Source of the DNA: an uncultured Candidatus Saccharibacteria bacterium
GTDB taxonomy: Bacteria > Patescibacteriota > Saccharimonadia > Saccharimonadales > Saccharimonadaceae
Direction of reading: 5' to 3'
Assembly: GCA_963523995.1 (NCBI GenBank)
Contig: CAURDR010000001.1
Location: 238,021-302,020, forward strand
Length of the DNA stretch: 64,000 nt
Position numbers and translations under genes: made by a program. The notes under the pieces were generated by a model that ran no database searches, was not told where the DNA came from, and saw only the letters and a list, made by a program, of their open reading frames with translations. Position 1 is the stretch's first letter, and each line of letters opens with the position of its first letter. Shown in pieces: positions 1 through 11,800 of this stretch.

Positions 1-178
1 TTTGGTAATATTCGTTATCTTCAGTTATCCTGGCTGATCCAAAAAAAGTTACAGTTTTATGATATTTTTGGAGAATTTCATAGCCGGCATGAATTTCGTC
101 ATCGACTTTTCCTAATCTGAACATCGCAGCCTGAAGTTGCAATTCGCGCGGAATACAAACATTTTTCGGTGTCATCAT
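1..178 (-). CDS. LOG family (TIGR00730-like) protein, 5' part only; runs off the window start
   Basis: Manual translation MMTPKNVCIPRELQ...YHKTVTFFGSARITEDNEYYQ; VTFFGSAR is the LOG N-terminal motif; AAAGGA SD upstream. Confidence 0.75.
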   Translation of the reverse strand, partial: MMTPKNVCIPRELQLQAAMFRLGKVDDEIHAGYEILQKYHKTVTFFGSARITEDNEYYQ

Positions 179-301
179 TATCCTTTTTATTTTATGATTT
201 TAACTTTATTACTATATCATAAAATGCCTATGGTTACAATACGTTGACGGCAAATAATTCATCATATACAATCAAAACACAATCTAAATGGAGGTTTTCT
301 A

Positions 302-901
302 ATGGAAAATAAATCAACAACAAACAAGTGGCTGATCGTTGTGGTGGTTATTATGGGTATAATTATCGTAGCTATGGCGACATGGATAATTGCTGGTGCT
401 ATGCATAAAAATAGTGACTCTAATTCTTCGGTAAAAACCAGTCAGGCAAAGAAAGACTCATCTGATTCACTGGAAAAAACTCGCGGTGAAGGCGAGGAGC
501 CGTCAAATGAGGCAAAGAAAGAGTATAAAGATTTCCGAACCAAAGGCGACGGCACGGGCATTCGTTTAACTTCAGCAAGTGATGTTGATAAATTGGATAT
601 TGATAGCTCTTTGAAAAAGTTCTTGAAGTCTAAGGTCGGTCAGCCAATTCCAGAGCGTGAAGGTTCTGTGTATGAGCCAATCATTGACCGTGCATACGGA
701 AAATATGCGGCAGTATATGGCTTGACAAACGCTTATACTATTATCGGACCAAAGAACGGCACTGGTGAAATTGCAATTGTTGCAGGCACACAGCAAGGTG
801 GCATGCCGTGCTCAGACTTGAAGTCGGCGTCGGTTCCGAGCCGCTTGGTTGACGGTAAATGTGAAGTTTCTGGCTCGTCTCAAACTTATAATCAAGACTA
901 G
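302..901 (+). CDS. Hypothetical membrane-anchored or exported protein
   Basis: N-terminal TM helix, Ser/Lys-rich linker, Cys pair near the C-terminus; GGAGG SD. Confidence 0.75.
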   Translation: MENKSTTNKWLIVVVVIMGIIIVAMATWIIAGAMHKNSDSNSSVKTSQAKKDSSDSLEKTRGEGEEPSNEAKKEYKDFRTKGDGTGIRLTSASDVDKLDIDSSLKKFLKSKVGQPIPEREGSVYEPIIDRAYGKYAAVYGLTNAYTIIGPKNGTGEIAIVAGTQQGGMPCSDLKSASVPSRLVDGKCEVSGSSQTYNQD

Positions 902-928
902 TTTTCGTAAATATAGTAAAATAGAGAG

Positions 929-2899
929 GTGAATAAATTTCGCCTCTCTTCTTCATATCAGCCCACTGGCGATCAGCCGCGAGCAATTGCTCAGTTGGTC
1001 GATGGTTTGGAAAAAGGTCAGCGCGAGCAAACTTTGTTGGGCGTGACTGGTTCAGGGAAGACATTCACGATGGCGAATATTATCGCTAAGCGCAATGTGC
1101 CGACGCTGGTTTTGGCTCACAATAAGACTTTGGCGGCGCAACTTTTTTCTGAGTTTAAGGAATTTTTTCCGGACAATGAAGTCCACTATTTTGTCAGCTA
1201 TTTTGACTACTACCAGCCGGAGGCGTACATCGCTTCAAGCGACACTTATATCGAGAAAGATTCGAAAATCAACGACGAGATTGACCGGCTTAGGCACGCG
1301 GCAACTTCTGCGCTGCTTACACGCCGCGACGTAATTATCGTGGCGAGTGTGAGTTGTATTTATGGCATTGGTTCGCCAGAAACTTACGCTGACATGGCTA
1401 TTAAATTGACCGTTGGTGAGCGCCGAGTTCAGGACAAGTTTATTCGCCTATTGACCGACATTCAGTATAAGCGCAACGACATCGATTTTGTGCGCGGAAC
1501 TTTTCGGGTGCGCGGCGATGTCGTGGATATTTTTCCAGCGGGTCAAGATACTGCGGTTCGTGTGGAATTCTTTGGCGATGAAATTGAGCGACTGACGAAG
1601 ATCGACCCTTTGACTGGCGAGATTTTGGATCGGCCAGACCAATTGACAATTTTTCCGTCCAGCCACTATTCGACGCCACGTGAGCGAATTGAAAAAGCGA
1701 TTGTCGGAATTGAGAATGAGTTTAATCAACGGCTGAAATGGTTTGAAGATAATGGCAAGTTTTTAGAGGCGCAAAGGCTGAGTCAGCGTACCAAATATGA
1801 TTTGGAGATGTTGAAGGAAACTGGTTTTGTGAAGGGAATTGAGAATTATTCGCGCTATTTGACCGACCGAGAACCTGGCGAGCAGCCTGCGACTTTGATT
1901 GATTATTTTCCGGACGATTGGTTGCTTTTGGTTGACGAATCGCACATGACATTGCCGCAAGTTCGGGGAATGTATAATGGCGATCGCGCCCGTAAGGAAG
2001 TTTTGGTTGAGCATGGTTTTCGTCTTCCAAGCGCATTGGACAATCGCCCACTTCGATTTGATGAGTTCAATCAGCATATTCATCAGGCAATTTATGTTTC
2101 CGCCACGCCGGGAGATTATGAACTTTCTCATTCGCCAAAGCCAGCTGAGCAGCTTATTCGACCGACTGGGTTGCTTGATCCGCCGATTGAAGTTCGACCG
2201 ACCGACGGGCAAGTCGATGATTTGATGGAGGAAATTCGCCAGACGATTACGAAAGGTCATCGCGTGTTGGTGACGACATTAACCAAGCGAATGGCGGAGG
2301 ACTTGAGCGCTTATTTGACGGAAAACGGCGTGAAGACGGCGTATTTGCATAGCGAAATTGATACGCTGGAACGTGGCGATATTCTGAAAGATTTGCGACT
2401 TGGAACGTATGACGTGCTGGTTGGAATTAATCTATTGCGTGAAGGTCTGGATCTTCCGGAGGTAAGTTTGGTGGCAATTATGGACGCCGACAAGGAAGGT
2501 TTCTTACGTAGTGAGCAGGCGCTGATTCAGACGATTGGACGGGCGGCGCGGCACGTTGATGGGCGAGTTATTATGTACGGCGACAATGTTACGGATAGTA
2601 TGCGTCGAGCAATTGACGAGACGAATAGGCGTCGGGCAATTCAGCAGAAATATAACGAAGAGCATAATATCACGCCACAAACTATTCAGAAGAAAATTGA
2701 CGACGGGTTGCGTTCGATTATCCCGCAGAAAGAATCTGATAAAAAGCCAAAGCTAAACTTGAAGAAAATTCCAAAAGATGAATATCCGGCTTTGATTAAA
2801 GATCTGACGGCGCAAATGGAATTGCATAGTGCCAATTTGGAGTTTGAAAAAGCGGCAGAACTGCGTGATTTAATTGCAGAAATCCGTCATACAATGTAG
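929..2899 (+). CDS. uvrB: Excinuclease ABC subunit B
   Basis: [13 protein letters not shown], beta-hairpin YYQPEAY, C-terminal UVR domain [11 protein letters not shown]. Confidence 0.98.
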   Translation: MNKFRLSSSYQPTGDQPRAIAQLVDGLEKGQREQTLLGVTGSGKTFTMANIIAKRNVPTLVLAHNKTLAAQLFSEFKEFFPDNEVHYFVSYFDYYQPEAYIASSDTYIEKDSKINDEIDRLRHAATSALLTRRDVIIVASVSCIYGIGSPETYADMAIKLTVGERRVQDKFIRLLTDIQYKRNDIDFVRGTFRVRGDVVDIFPAGQDTAVRVEFFGDEIERLTKIDPLTGEILDRPDQLTIFPSSHYSTPRERIEKAIVGIENEFNQRLKWFEDNGKFLEAQRLSQRTKYDLEMLKETGFVKGIENYSRYLTDREPGEQPATLIDYFPDDWLLLVDESHMTLPQVRGMYNGDRARKEVLVEHGFRLPSALDNRPLRFDEFNQHIHQAIYVSATPGDYELSHSPKPAEQLIRPTGLLDPPIEVRPTDGQVDDLMEEIRQTITKGHRVLVTTLTKRMAEDLSAYLTENGVKTAYLHSEIDTLERGDILKDLRLGTYDVLVGINLLREGLDLPEVSLVAIMDADKEGFLRSEQALIQTIGRAARHVDGRVIMYGDNVTDSMRRAIDETNRRRAIQQKYNEEHNITPQTIQKKIDDGLRSIIPQKESDKKPKLNLKKIPKDEYPALIKDLTAQMELHSANLEFEKAAELRDLIAEIRHTM

Positions 2900-2930
2900 A
2901 ATAAAAAATATTATTAGATTAGGAGGAATT

Positions 2931-3722
2931 ATGGCAACAAAAGAACAATCACAGCCAGCAAACATCGCGCAACCAGAAATGCCGATGCAACCAAATGCCT
3001 ACCAGGCATATCCACAATACACATACGAAGATCCGAACAAGGGCAAAGCAAAGATGTTGACTTTGGAATACGCTTTAGCAATGGGTTCAGCGATTATTTC
3101 AATCATGTTGCTGATTGACATCATAACCAAGGTGTTTGGTTTGTGGACAAACTCAACATCAATGTTATTAAGAAGTGTTGGCGGATTTTTCGCACCATCG
3201 ATGGTAACTCAGGGAACGGGAATTATTGCAGCGTCAGTATTTGCTGTGCTTTTGGCTGTATTGTCACTAGTTCTATTCTCTCGCGTATCAAAAGCTGTTC
3301 CGGAGCGTGAAGGCTACACAAAGCGAACAGCTTACAAATTGGTAACTTACGGCGGTTTGGCTGTTTTGATTATTCCAGCCGTTGACTTGGTCGCTCGATT
3401 AGTAAGCATTTTGATCAACTCATTGCTATTTATCGGTGTTGGTGACGGCGGCGAATTCTATAAGAGTTTGTACTTGGGTGAATTCTTGCCATACGCATTA
3501 GCTCTTGCAATTGTTGCTACTGGCGCTTACTTCATTTGCCAAATTGTCAAAGGACGCAACATGTCAAAGGCTTTGTCTTTGATGCTGATTGTGGCTTCTT
3601 CTGTCGTACTATTGACTGGCGCTATCACAATCGCTGTTAAAGCGCACGATACGGGTAGCTCAGTAAAGACTATTCCATCAGACTACAGTCGCTACAAGAA
3701 CTACCAAGATTACTCAATGTAA
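2931..3722 (+). CDS. Hypothetical multi-pass membrane protein with Pro/Gln-rich N-terminus
   Basis: About 5 hydrophobic segments; start moved to ATG 2931, which follows AGGAGG. Confidence 0.8.
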   Translation: MATKEQSQPANIAQPEMPMQPNAYQAYPQYTYEDPNKGKAKMLTLEYALAMGSAIISIMLLIDIITKVFGLWTNSTSMLLRSVGGFFAPSMVTQGTGIIAASVFAVLLAVLSLVLFSRVSKAVPEREGYTKRTAYKLVTYGGLAVLIIPAVDLVARLVSILINSLLFIGVGDGGEFYKSLYLGEFLPYALALAIVATGAYFICQIVKGRNMSKALSLMLIVASSVVLLTGAITIAVKAHDTGSSVKTIPSDYSRYKNYQDYSM

Positions 3723-3738
3723 TAAAACTTGGAAAAAT

Positions 3739-3770
3739 AAAGTCGCTCACTTTGGTGGGCGGCTTTTTTT
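3739..3770 (+). terminator. Intrinsic terminator
   Basis: aaagtcgctcac-tttg-gtgggcggc followed by a T run. Confidence 0.7.
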
Positions 3771-3787
3771 AGTGGTATAATATTGAT

Positions 3788-4075
3788 ATGATAACTATTT
3801 CTACCAGCGATATTCAGCACTTGGCGAGTTTGAGTAGTCTGGCATTGACTGATGACGAAACCGACGGACTGCGCCAAGATTTGGAAAATATAATTGGCTA
3901 TATTGAGCAGTTGGGCGAGCTTGATGTGTCGGGTGTTGAGCCGACTTATCAAGTTACGGGACTGAGCAATGTTTGGCGCGAGGATGAAGTTCAGGCGGGA
4001 ATTCCTGTTGAGAAATTGCTCGATTTGGCGCCAGAAAAACAGAATAACCAAGTGAAAGTTCCGCAGGTATTGTAA
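3788..4075 (+). CDS. gatC: Asp/Glu-tRNA amidotransferase subunit C
   Basis: LDVSGVEPT...VWREDEV...VKVPQVL; overlaps gatA start (TAATG). Confidence 0.93.
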   Translation: MITISTSDIQHLASLSSLALTDDETDGLRQDLENIIGYIEQLGELDVSGVEPTYQVTGLSNVWREDEVQAGIPVEKLLDLAPEKQNNQVKVPQVL

Positions 4076-5445
4076 TGAGTAAGATTAGTGATTTTATCGG
4101 CAAGAGCGCGGTCGAGAATGTAAAAGAAGCGTTGCGACGAGCGCGTGAAATTGAGGAGTATAATGCGCTGCTTAGCCTAACGGAAGAGCGTGCGCTGGAG
4201 CGTGCAGCTAAGGTTGATGCTGGCGAGATCTCTGGACGATTGGCGGGCGTGCCATTTGTTGTAAAGGACAATTTTTTGGCGTTTGGTGCGCCAACGACTG
4301 CTGCTTCAAAAATGCTAGAAAACTTTAATGCGCCACTACAGGCGACGGCTGTTGAGAAATTGGAAGCGGAAGGTGCGATTTGCATTGGTAAGGCGAATTT
4401 GGATGCTTTTGCGCACGGCGGTTCGACGGAAAACTCGGCATTTGGACCAACGAAGAACGCCGCGGATAAAACGCGAGTTGCTGGTGGATCATCTGGCGGA
4501 TCGGCGGTAGTTACGGCGCTCGACGTGGTTCCGTTTGCGCTTGGTACGGATACCGGTGGCTCTATTCGTCAGCCAGCCAGCTTTAACGGAGTGGTTGGAA
4601 TTAAGCCGACTTACGGAGCGGTTAGTCGTTATGGTGTAGTGGCGATGGCGTCAAGCACGGACACAATTGGCTGTTTTGCTACAAATGCTGAAGATGCGGA
4701 CTTGGTGATGGAAATTATGGCTGGTCGTGACGATAAAGATATGACGACTTTGCCTGATTTTTGGAATAATCAGCCAGAATTTGCAAAGAAAAAAATAGGT
4801 CTAGTCAAGCAATGTATGACCGACGACGTGGACGCGGAAGTCCGCCAAAAAACGCTTGATTATGCGGAGAAATTGAAGCAGCTTGGCTACGAAATTGAAG
4901 AAGTAGATTTGAGTATGATGCAACATTCTCTGGCAATGTATTACATAATTGTGCCGGCGGAATTGTCCTCGAATTTGGCGCGATATGACGGCGTGCGATA
5001 TGGTCATCGAGCAGCGGAAGTGAAAACTTTGGCGGAACTTTATGGTCGCAGTCGAAATGAAGGTTTCATGACTGAGAATAAGCGACGAATTATGATAGGA
5101 AGTTTCGTATTGTCAAGTGGATTCTTCGACGCTTACTACATGCAGGCTCAAAAAGCCAGGACGTTGTTGATTGACGAATTTAAGAAGTTATTTACCGAAT
5201 ATGACGCGCTATTGATGCCGGTTGCGCCGACTCCTGCGTTTAAGATTGGGGAGAATGCTAGCGATCCGATAAAAATGTATTTGGCGGACATCATGACTGT
5301 GCCAGCAAGTTTGGCTGGACTTCCTGCGGTTTCGGCGCCAGCTGGAAATAGCGATGAAGGGCTGCCAATTGGCGTACAGCTTATCAGCGATTATAAGTCG
5401 GACAAGAACTTGCTGAAGCTGGTTTCGGGAGTGGAGAAGATTTGA
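4075..5445 (+). CDS. gatA: Asp/Glu-tRNA amidotransferase subunit A
   Basis: Amidase signature GGSSGGSA, GTDTGGSIRQPA, SNLARYDGVRYG. Confidence 0.97.
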   Translation: MSKISDFIGKSAVENVKEALRRAREIEEYNALLSLTEERALERAAKVDAGEISGRLAGVPFVVKDNFLAFGAPTTAASKMLENFNAPLQATAVEKLEAEGAICIGKANLDAFAHGGSTENSAFGPTKNAADKTRVAGGSSGGSAVVTALDVVPFALGTDTGGSIRQPASFNGVVGIKPTYGAVSRYGVVAMASSTDTIGCFATNAEDADLVMEIMAGRDDKDMTTLPDFWNNQPEFAKKKIGLVKQCMTDDVDAEVRQKTLDYAEKLKQLGYEIEEVDLSMMQHSLAMYYIIVPAELSSNLARYDGVRYGHRAAEVKTLAELYGRSRNEGFMTENKRRIMIGSFVLSSGFFDAYYMQAQKARTLLIDEFKKLFTEYDALLMPVAPTPAFKIGENASDPIKMYLADIMTVPASLAGLPAVSAPAGNSDEGLPIGVQLISDYKSDKNLLKLVSGVEKI

Positions 5446-5864
5446 TGGACGGATTGATAGTCGCGATAGTTGTTGCGGCGTTGATTATCGGCGCCTTGCT
5501 GATGATTTTTATTCAATTGACTTCTCGTGGTCGTGGTCAAATTGACAAGGAAATGTATCAGAGGGTTTGGCGGCAAATTTTGCGCAATGTCGAAACCAGA
5601 AAATCGGAAAGTATGCAAATGGCGATAATGAAGGCGGACAAGTTGCTAGACAAAGCTATGCGCGATTGTGGCGTGGCTGGCGAGACGATGGGCGAACGTA
5701 TGAAATCTCGCAAGGGATATTGGAGCGATGAAAATGGGCTTTGGGCGGCGCATAAATTGCGTAATCAAATTGCCCACGAGACCAACGTAACGGTAACGGC
5801 GCAGAGTTTTCGTCGAGCTATGGCGAGTTTTGAACAGGCATTAAAAGATTTGGGAGCATTATAA
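5442..5864 (+). CDS. Hypothetical membrane-anchored protein with HEPN/DUF4145-like RNxIAH motif
   Basis: N-terminal TM; AHKLRNQIAHE; overlaps both gatA and gatB. Confidence 0.7.
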   Translation: MMDGLIVAIVVAALIIGALLMIFIQLTSRGRGQIDKEMYQRVWRQILRNVETRKSESMQMAIMKADKLLDKAMRDCGVAGETMGERMKSRKGYWSDENGLWAAHKLRNQIAHETNVTVTAQSFRRAMASFEQALKDLGAL

Positions 5865-7312
5865 TGAGTGTATATGACGATTATGAAATGACAATTGGTA
5901 TCGAATGTCACGTTCAGCTGGCGACGAAAACCAAGCTATTTAGCCCGGCCGACAATGATGCTCGTGACGCTGAGCCGAATACTAAGACGCATCAGATTGA
6001 CTTTGGTTTGCCGGGGATGTTGCCAGTTTTGAACAAGCACGCCGTTGAGTTGGCGGTTCGTGCTGGAAAAGCCTTGAATTCGCCAATTGCGCACGTTAGC
6101 CGATTTGATCGAAAGCATTATTTTTATCCAGATTTACCAAAGGGCTATCAGACTTCACAGATGTATAATCCGATTATTTTGGCTGGATATGTTGATGCGC
6201 CGCTGGAAGATGGTTCTTTGAAACGCGTGCGAATTGACCATGCTCACATGGAGGAAGATGCTGGTAAATTGACACATCACGATGGCTATTCGTTGGTCGA
6301 TCTTAACCGCGCTGGCACGCCGCTGATTGAGATTGTTTCTGAGCCAGATATGCATTCGGCTGAGGAGGCCAAAGCTTACGTTTCGGAACTGCATAAATTG
6401 ATGGTTTACGCGGGTGTGACTTACGGTAATTTATACCACGGAAATATGCGATTTGACGTTAACATTTCAGTGGCAAAGAAGGGTGCGACAGAGCTTGGAA
6501 AGCGCGCAGAAATTAAGAATCTCAACTCCTTCCGCAGTGTCGAAAGGGCTGCTGAGTATGAGTTCAAGCGCCAAGTCGATATCTTGGAGCGTGGCGAAGA
6601 GGTTGTTCAGGAAACCAGAGGTTGGAATGATGACAAGCAGATAACTACTTCTCAGAGGTCAAAAGAAGACGCGCAGGATTATCGTTATATGCCAGATCCA
6701 GATATTCCGCCAGTTGTGTTGACTGACGAGGTGATCGCTGAAATTCAGTCCAAGGTGCCGATGCTTCCAGGCGAATATAGGGAAAAATGGAGCGTGCTGA
6801 ACTTGGACAAATCTGTTATCAATTCGCTTTTGTCTAATCAGGATTATGCCCAGATTACATTGGAAGTTCAGGAAAAGTCGGGCGAGGCGTCGGCTAAGCG
6901 AGTCGCGCATTGGTTTGCGAGCGCATTGACGGCTTCTGATGAAAGTGACGCGCAAACAGACAATGAATCTACACGTGTGGCGGTTGACGATTTGATAGAA
7001 TTGGCTGAAATGACAGAGAAGTCTGAAGTTTCCAGCACAAATGCGAAGGAGTTATTTAATGAGCTTCTGGCTGGCGCGAAAAATCCGCGTAAGCTTGCTG
7101 AAGAGAAGAATTTGTTGCAGGTTTCTGATGAATCGGCGATTGCTGCAATCGTTGACGAAGTTTTGAACGATCCAGCTTCGGCGGCGTCAATTGCAGATAT
7201 CAAGGCTGGAAAAGATAAGGCTATTGGCTATTTGGTCGGGCAAGTCATGAAGAAGTCTAAGGGTCAAGCCAACCCAAGCCTTGCGCAAAAACTGATTCGA
7301 GAAAGACTTTAG
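5864..7312 (+). CDS. gatB: Asp/Glu-tRNA amidotransferase subunit B
   Basis: IGIECHVQL, RKHYFYPDLPKGYQ, DLNRAGTPLIEIVSEP, C-terminal YqeY domain. Confidence 0.97.
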   Translation: MSVYDDYEMTIGIECHVQLATKTKLFSPADNDARDAEPNTKTHQIDFGLPGMLPVLNKHAVELAVRAGKALNSPIAHVSRFDRKHYFYPDLPKGYQTSQMYNPIILAGYVDAPLEDGSLKRVRIDHAHMEEDAGKLTHHDGYSLVDLNRAGTPLIEIVSEPDMHSAEEAKAYVSELHKLMVYAGVTYGNLYHGNMRFDVNISVAKKGATELGKRAEIKNLNSFRSVERAAEYEFKRQVDILERGEEVVQETRGWNDDKQITTSQRSKEDAQDYRYMPDPDIPPVVLTDEVIAEIQSKVPMLPGEYREKWSVLNLDKSVINSLLSNQDYAQITLEVQEKSGEASAKRVAHWFASALTASDESDAQTDNESTRVAVDDLIELAEMTEKSEVSSTNAKELFNELLAGAKNPRKLAEEKNLLQVSDESAIAAIVDEVLNDPASAASIADIKAGKDKAIGYLVGQVMKKSKGQANPSLAQKLIRERL

Positions 7313-7346
7313 AATTGCTGAAATAATAGGGGATAGGAGCTGAAAT

Positions 7347-8240
7347 ATGAGAAAACCAACTAAGGCTATCATCGCTGCTGCCGGTTTTGGTACGCGATTT
7401 TTGCCGCAAACCAAAGCAATGCCAAAGGAAATGTTGCCACTGATTGATAAGCCGATTATTCAATACGTCGTCGAGGAATTAGTTGAGGCTGGCATTAAGG
7501 ATATCATCATTATTGGTAGTGCTAATAAACGGGCGGTTGAAGATCATTTTGACGAGCCGAATGAAGAGCTTTTGGCTAATTTGCGCGCTGGCGGCCCTAA
7601 AAAGCAGCTGTTCATTGACGCGGTGCAAAATTTGGCTGATATGGCGAACTTTATTTATATTCGCCAGAAAGGTCCGTACGGCAACGCGACGCCTTTGGCT
7701 TGCGCCTCGCATTTGATTCATCATGATGAGCCTGTGATTTACACATTTGCAGACGACTTTATTGCGGCTAGTCCAAGTCGTTTTAAGCAGATGATTGAGG
7801 CGTCAGAAAGCTTAGATGGAGCGGTTCTATCGTGTAAGAAAATCACCGATGATGCGGAATTTGATCGTTATGGAGTCATCAACGGTCAAGGAGTGAAAGA
7901 CGGCGTTATAAAAATGACGAACATTGTTGAAAAGCCGGGCAAGGAGAATGCGCCTTCTGATTTAGCTAGCGTTAGTAGCTATTTGCTTCCAGGTGAAATT
8001 TTCGGCTATCTAGACAAAGCCAAGGAAGAATTTGACGGCAACGGCGAATTTACAATTCAGCCAATTATGCAACAAATGATTGACGACGGATTTGATTTCT
8101 ATGGCGTAGAAATTACGAACGGCACTTATTATGACACTGGCGACAAATTGGAATATCTAAAAACAGTGATTGACTTTGGGCTGCGTGACCCTAACTTTGG
8201 TGATAAATTACGCGCTCATCTGACGGATCGCCTAAAATAA
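7347..8240 (+). CDS. galU: UTP--glucose-1-phosphate uridylyltransferase
   Basis: AAGFGTRFLPQTKAMPKEMLP, IVEKP. Confidence 0.9.
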   Translation: MRKPTKAIIAAAGFGTRFLPQTKAMPKEMLPLIDKPIIQYVVEELVEAGIKDIIIIGSANKRAVEDHFDEPNEELLANLRAGGPKKQLFIDAVQNLADMANFIYIRQKGPYGNATPLACASHLIHHDEPVIYTFADDFIAASPSRFKQMIEASESLDGAVLSCKKITDDAEFDRYGVINGQGVKDGVIKMTNIVEKPGKENAPSDLASVSSYLLPGEIFGYLDKAKEEFDGNGEFTIQPIMQQMIDDGFDFYGVEITNGTYYDTGDKLEYLKTVIDFGLRDPNFGDKLRAHLTDRLK

Positions 8241-8255
8241 TGTATAATAAATAAC

Positions 8256-8543
8256 ATGAACGGATTGCTTATTATATTAGTGATTTTGATGGTGATCTTT
8301 GTCATCATGATGATCGCTATGACAATTTCTATCATCAAATTAACGCGTCAAATTCGCCAAACTCAGCAAAACGTAGAGGCTATAAGCCAGCGAATTGCTA
8401 GTCTGAATGGAATTGTAAGTACGGTTTCAATTGGCGTGGAATTAGCCAAAAGCTTCGCTTCAAAGAGCGGATTTTTCTCGAAATTTTTCTCAAAGAAGAA
8501 GGTAAAAAAGAGTGAAAAAGTCAGCCAAAGAACAGCCAAATAA
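8256..8543 (+). CDS. Hypothetical protein, N-terminal TM plus coiled coil
   Basis: ORF track; TATAAT box just upstream. Confidence 0.65.
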   Translation: MNGLLIILVILMVIFVIMMIAMTISIIKLTRQIRQTQQNVEAISQRIASLNGIVSTVSIGVELAKSFASKSGFFSKFFSKKKVKKSEKVSQRTAK

Positions 8544-8808
8544 GCTAGCAAAAAAAGTCGTTCGTGATAACGAAAACGGTGCTCGTCGGGCAATTCTGGA
8601 GGATTTGTTCTTTGATTTTCATAAATCTCGCCGCCAAGTTTACTGGGTGAATTTTGTTCGCGGAATTTTCTTTGGCCTTGGAAGTGCTTTGGGCGCGACG
8701 CTATTGATTGCGATATTGATTTGGATTTTGGGGCAATTTGCCGACATTTTTCCGCCGTTGGCTGATTTTATCAACCACTTAATTGAGACAATGCAACGTC
8801 GTCAATAG
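8512..8808 (+). CDS. Small membrane protein (DUF5665-like)
   Basis: NFVRGIFFGLGSALGAT motif. Confidence 0.7.
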   Translation: MKKSAKEQPNKLAKKVVRDNENGARRAILEDLFFDFHKSRRQVYWVNFVRGIFFGLGSALGATLLIAILIWILGQFADIFPPLADFINHLIETMQRRQ

Positions 8809-8827
8809 CGTGCTATAATTGTTATTA

Positions 8828-11800
8828 ATGACTGAGGGGACAAGCGAACAATCATCGTCGGCGGCTTTGAAGCCGTCAGATTTCGTGCATCTTCATAATC
8901 ACACTTTCCATTCGGTGCTGGACGGATTGACTAAGATTCATGACTTGGTCGATAAGGTCAAGGAGCTCGGGATGGAGGCTGCCGCCGTAACTGATCACGG
9001 CACGATGAGCGGTATTTTGGACTATTACAAGACTGCCAAAAAAGCGGGAATTAAGCCGATTATCGGAATTGAAACTTACGTGGCGACTCGTTCGCGATTT
9101 GATCGCGATCCAGGTAAAGATAAGCAGCGTTTTCACTTGACTGTGCTGGCGATGAACAACACGGGTTTTCACAATCTGATGAAGTTGTCGACGCGCGCCA
9201 ATCTGGAAGGAATGTATTATAAGCCGCGAATTGATCATGAACTTTTGGAGGAGTTGAATGAAGGCCTTATCGTTCTGAGTGGTTGCGCGAGCGGTGAAAT
9301 TGGCGTGGCGCTGAAAGAAGATGATTATGATCGCGCTCGTGAGATTGCCAAATGGTATAAGTCAATTTTTGGCGATCGCTATTATTTGGAGCTACAGGAC
9401 CATGGTCACCCGAAGTCGAACACGCACTGGGACGTGCAGGCGAAGATCAACGAGGGTTTAATCAAGCTTTCGAAGGAGCTTGATATTGAAATGGTGGTGA
9501 CTTGTGATGGTCACTATTTGACGCACGAATATCAAGACGCGCATGAAATTTTACTTTGTGTCGGAACTGGTTCGTATCTTAGCGATGAAAAGCGAATGAG
9601 CTTGAAAGATTTTGAGCTACATTTGACGGATCCGCGCGATATTATTGACCACTGGGGAGAGGAATTTCCTGAAGTTATTCGCAACACGAAAAAAATAGCT
9701 GATCGCTGTGACGTTGAGATTGAGCTTGGGCGAATTCTTATTCCAAAATATCCATTACCAGACGGCGAGAATGAACATTCGTATCTGCTTAGATTGACAT
9801 ATCAAGGTTTGCTGCAGCGTTACAATGGAGCTTCGAAGGAGGAGGCTGAAAAGTTGGACCCTGACGAGATTATTCCGAGGTTATCTGATGAGGTTCGTGA
9901 GCGCGCTGAGATGGAGCTTGGTGTGATGGGAAATATGGGCTATGAAGGTTATTTCTTGATTGTCCAGGATTTTATCAACTGGGGAAAATCTCAAGGAATT
10001 GTTTTTGGTCCAGGGCGCGGTAGTGCGGCTGGCTCGATTGTTGCGTATGCATTGAATATTACAGACCTTGACCCTCTAAAATACGGTTTGCTATTTGAGC
10101 GATTCCTGAATCCTGATCGTATTTCTATGCCCGACATCGACGTTGATATTCAGGATACGCGTCGCGATGAAGTGATTGAATATTGTGCGAAAAAATATGG
10201 CGAGGATCATGTCAGTAATATCGCAACGTTCGGCAAGATGTTTGGTCGTATGGCAGTGCGTGACGTTGCCAGGGTTTTGGAGGTTCCGTACGCTGAGAGC
10301 GACCGCTTGGCGAAGTTAGTTCCGCCGCCAAGCCAGGGGCGTCATATTCCGTTGTCTGTGAGTATTAAAGAGGATGCGGACCTTCGGAATGAATATGAAA
10401 ATAATCCGACTGCGAAGGAAGTTTTGGATTATGCAATTCAGCTGGAAGGGACGATTCGTAGTCACGGCGTTCATGCTTGTGGTGTGGTGATCGCGCCAGA
10501 TACGTTGGCTAACTATATTCCGCTTGAAATGGCGCAAAAGGGTGTGGTGGCAACTCAGTTTCCGATGGGCGAGGTTGAAGAACTGGGCCTATTGAAGATG
10601 GACTTCTTGGGGCTTTCGAACCTCACGATTATTAATAACGCCATGAGGATTATCCGAAAAGCTTATAAGAAAGAAATTAATCTTTCGGAGCTACCGCTTG
10701 ACGACGAGAAGACCTATGAGCTATTTCAGCGTGGCGATACAACTGGCGTATTCCAGTTGGAATCGGCGGGAATGAAGCGATATTTGCGTGGACTGAAGCC
10801 GACTACGTTTGAAGATATTATTGCTATGGTGGCTCTTTATCGTCCGGGTCCAATGCAGTTTATTGACAGTTTTATTAGGCGCAAACACGGCGAAGAAGAA
10901 ATAACTTATCTGCATTCTGGAATGAAAAACTCGCTGAAAAATACCTACGGAATTTTGGTCTATCAGGAGCAGTTTATGCAGATTTCTAAGGAATGGTGTG
11001 GATTTACTGGTGGTCAGGCTGACACGTTGCGTAAAGCTGTCGGTAAGAAAAAAATTGACTTGATGAAAAAGGTCAAGCCTGAGTTTGTCGAGGGTGCGGT
11101 TAAAGTTGGTGGCGCAACTAAGGAAATTGCGGAAACTTTCTGGACTCAGCTGGAAGAATTCGCCAACTATTGTTTCAATAAGTCGCACGCCGCTTGTTAT
11201 GGTTTGATTGCCTATTGGACGGCTTATTTGAAGGCGCATTATCCCGACGCGTTTATGGCGGCGCTTATGACTAGCGACCATGACGACACTGATCGTCTGG
11301 CAATTGAAATTACTGAATGTAAACACATGGGGATTAGTGTGCTTAGCCCTGATGTAAACGAGTCGTTCGTTGAGTTTGCCGTGGTGCCGAATGAGAATAA
11401 GATTCGCTTCGGAATGTCGGCGGTGAAGGGCGTTGGTGTTGGCGCGGTTGAGGAAGTCCTGCGGGCGCGCGAAGATGGACCGTTTACGTCGGTTGAGGAT
11501 TTTGCTAGGCGCGTTTCAACTAGCAAGTTCAATAGAAAAGCCTGGGAGTCGCTTATTAAGTCTGGTGCGTTTGACGATATGGGCGATCGATCTGATTTGC
11601 TTTTCAATCTGGATTCTATTACGTCATTTGCGTCCAAGCTCCAAAAAGAAGCCGCCAGTGGGCAAACTAATTTGTTTGGAATGTTAGGTGGCGATGACGC
11701 GGCGAGCGTCCAATCGACTCTTCATCTCCAGAAGGCTCCTGTGAAACACGACGATAAAGAGCGCTTGATGTGGGAGCGAGAATTGTTGGGGTTGTATATC

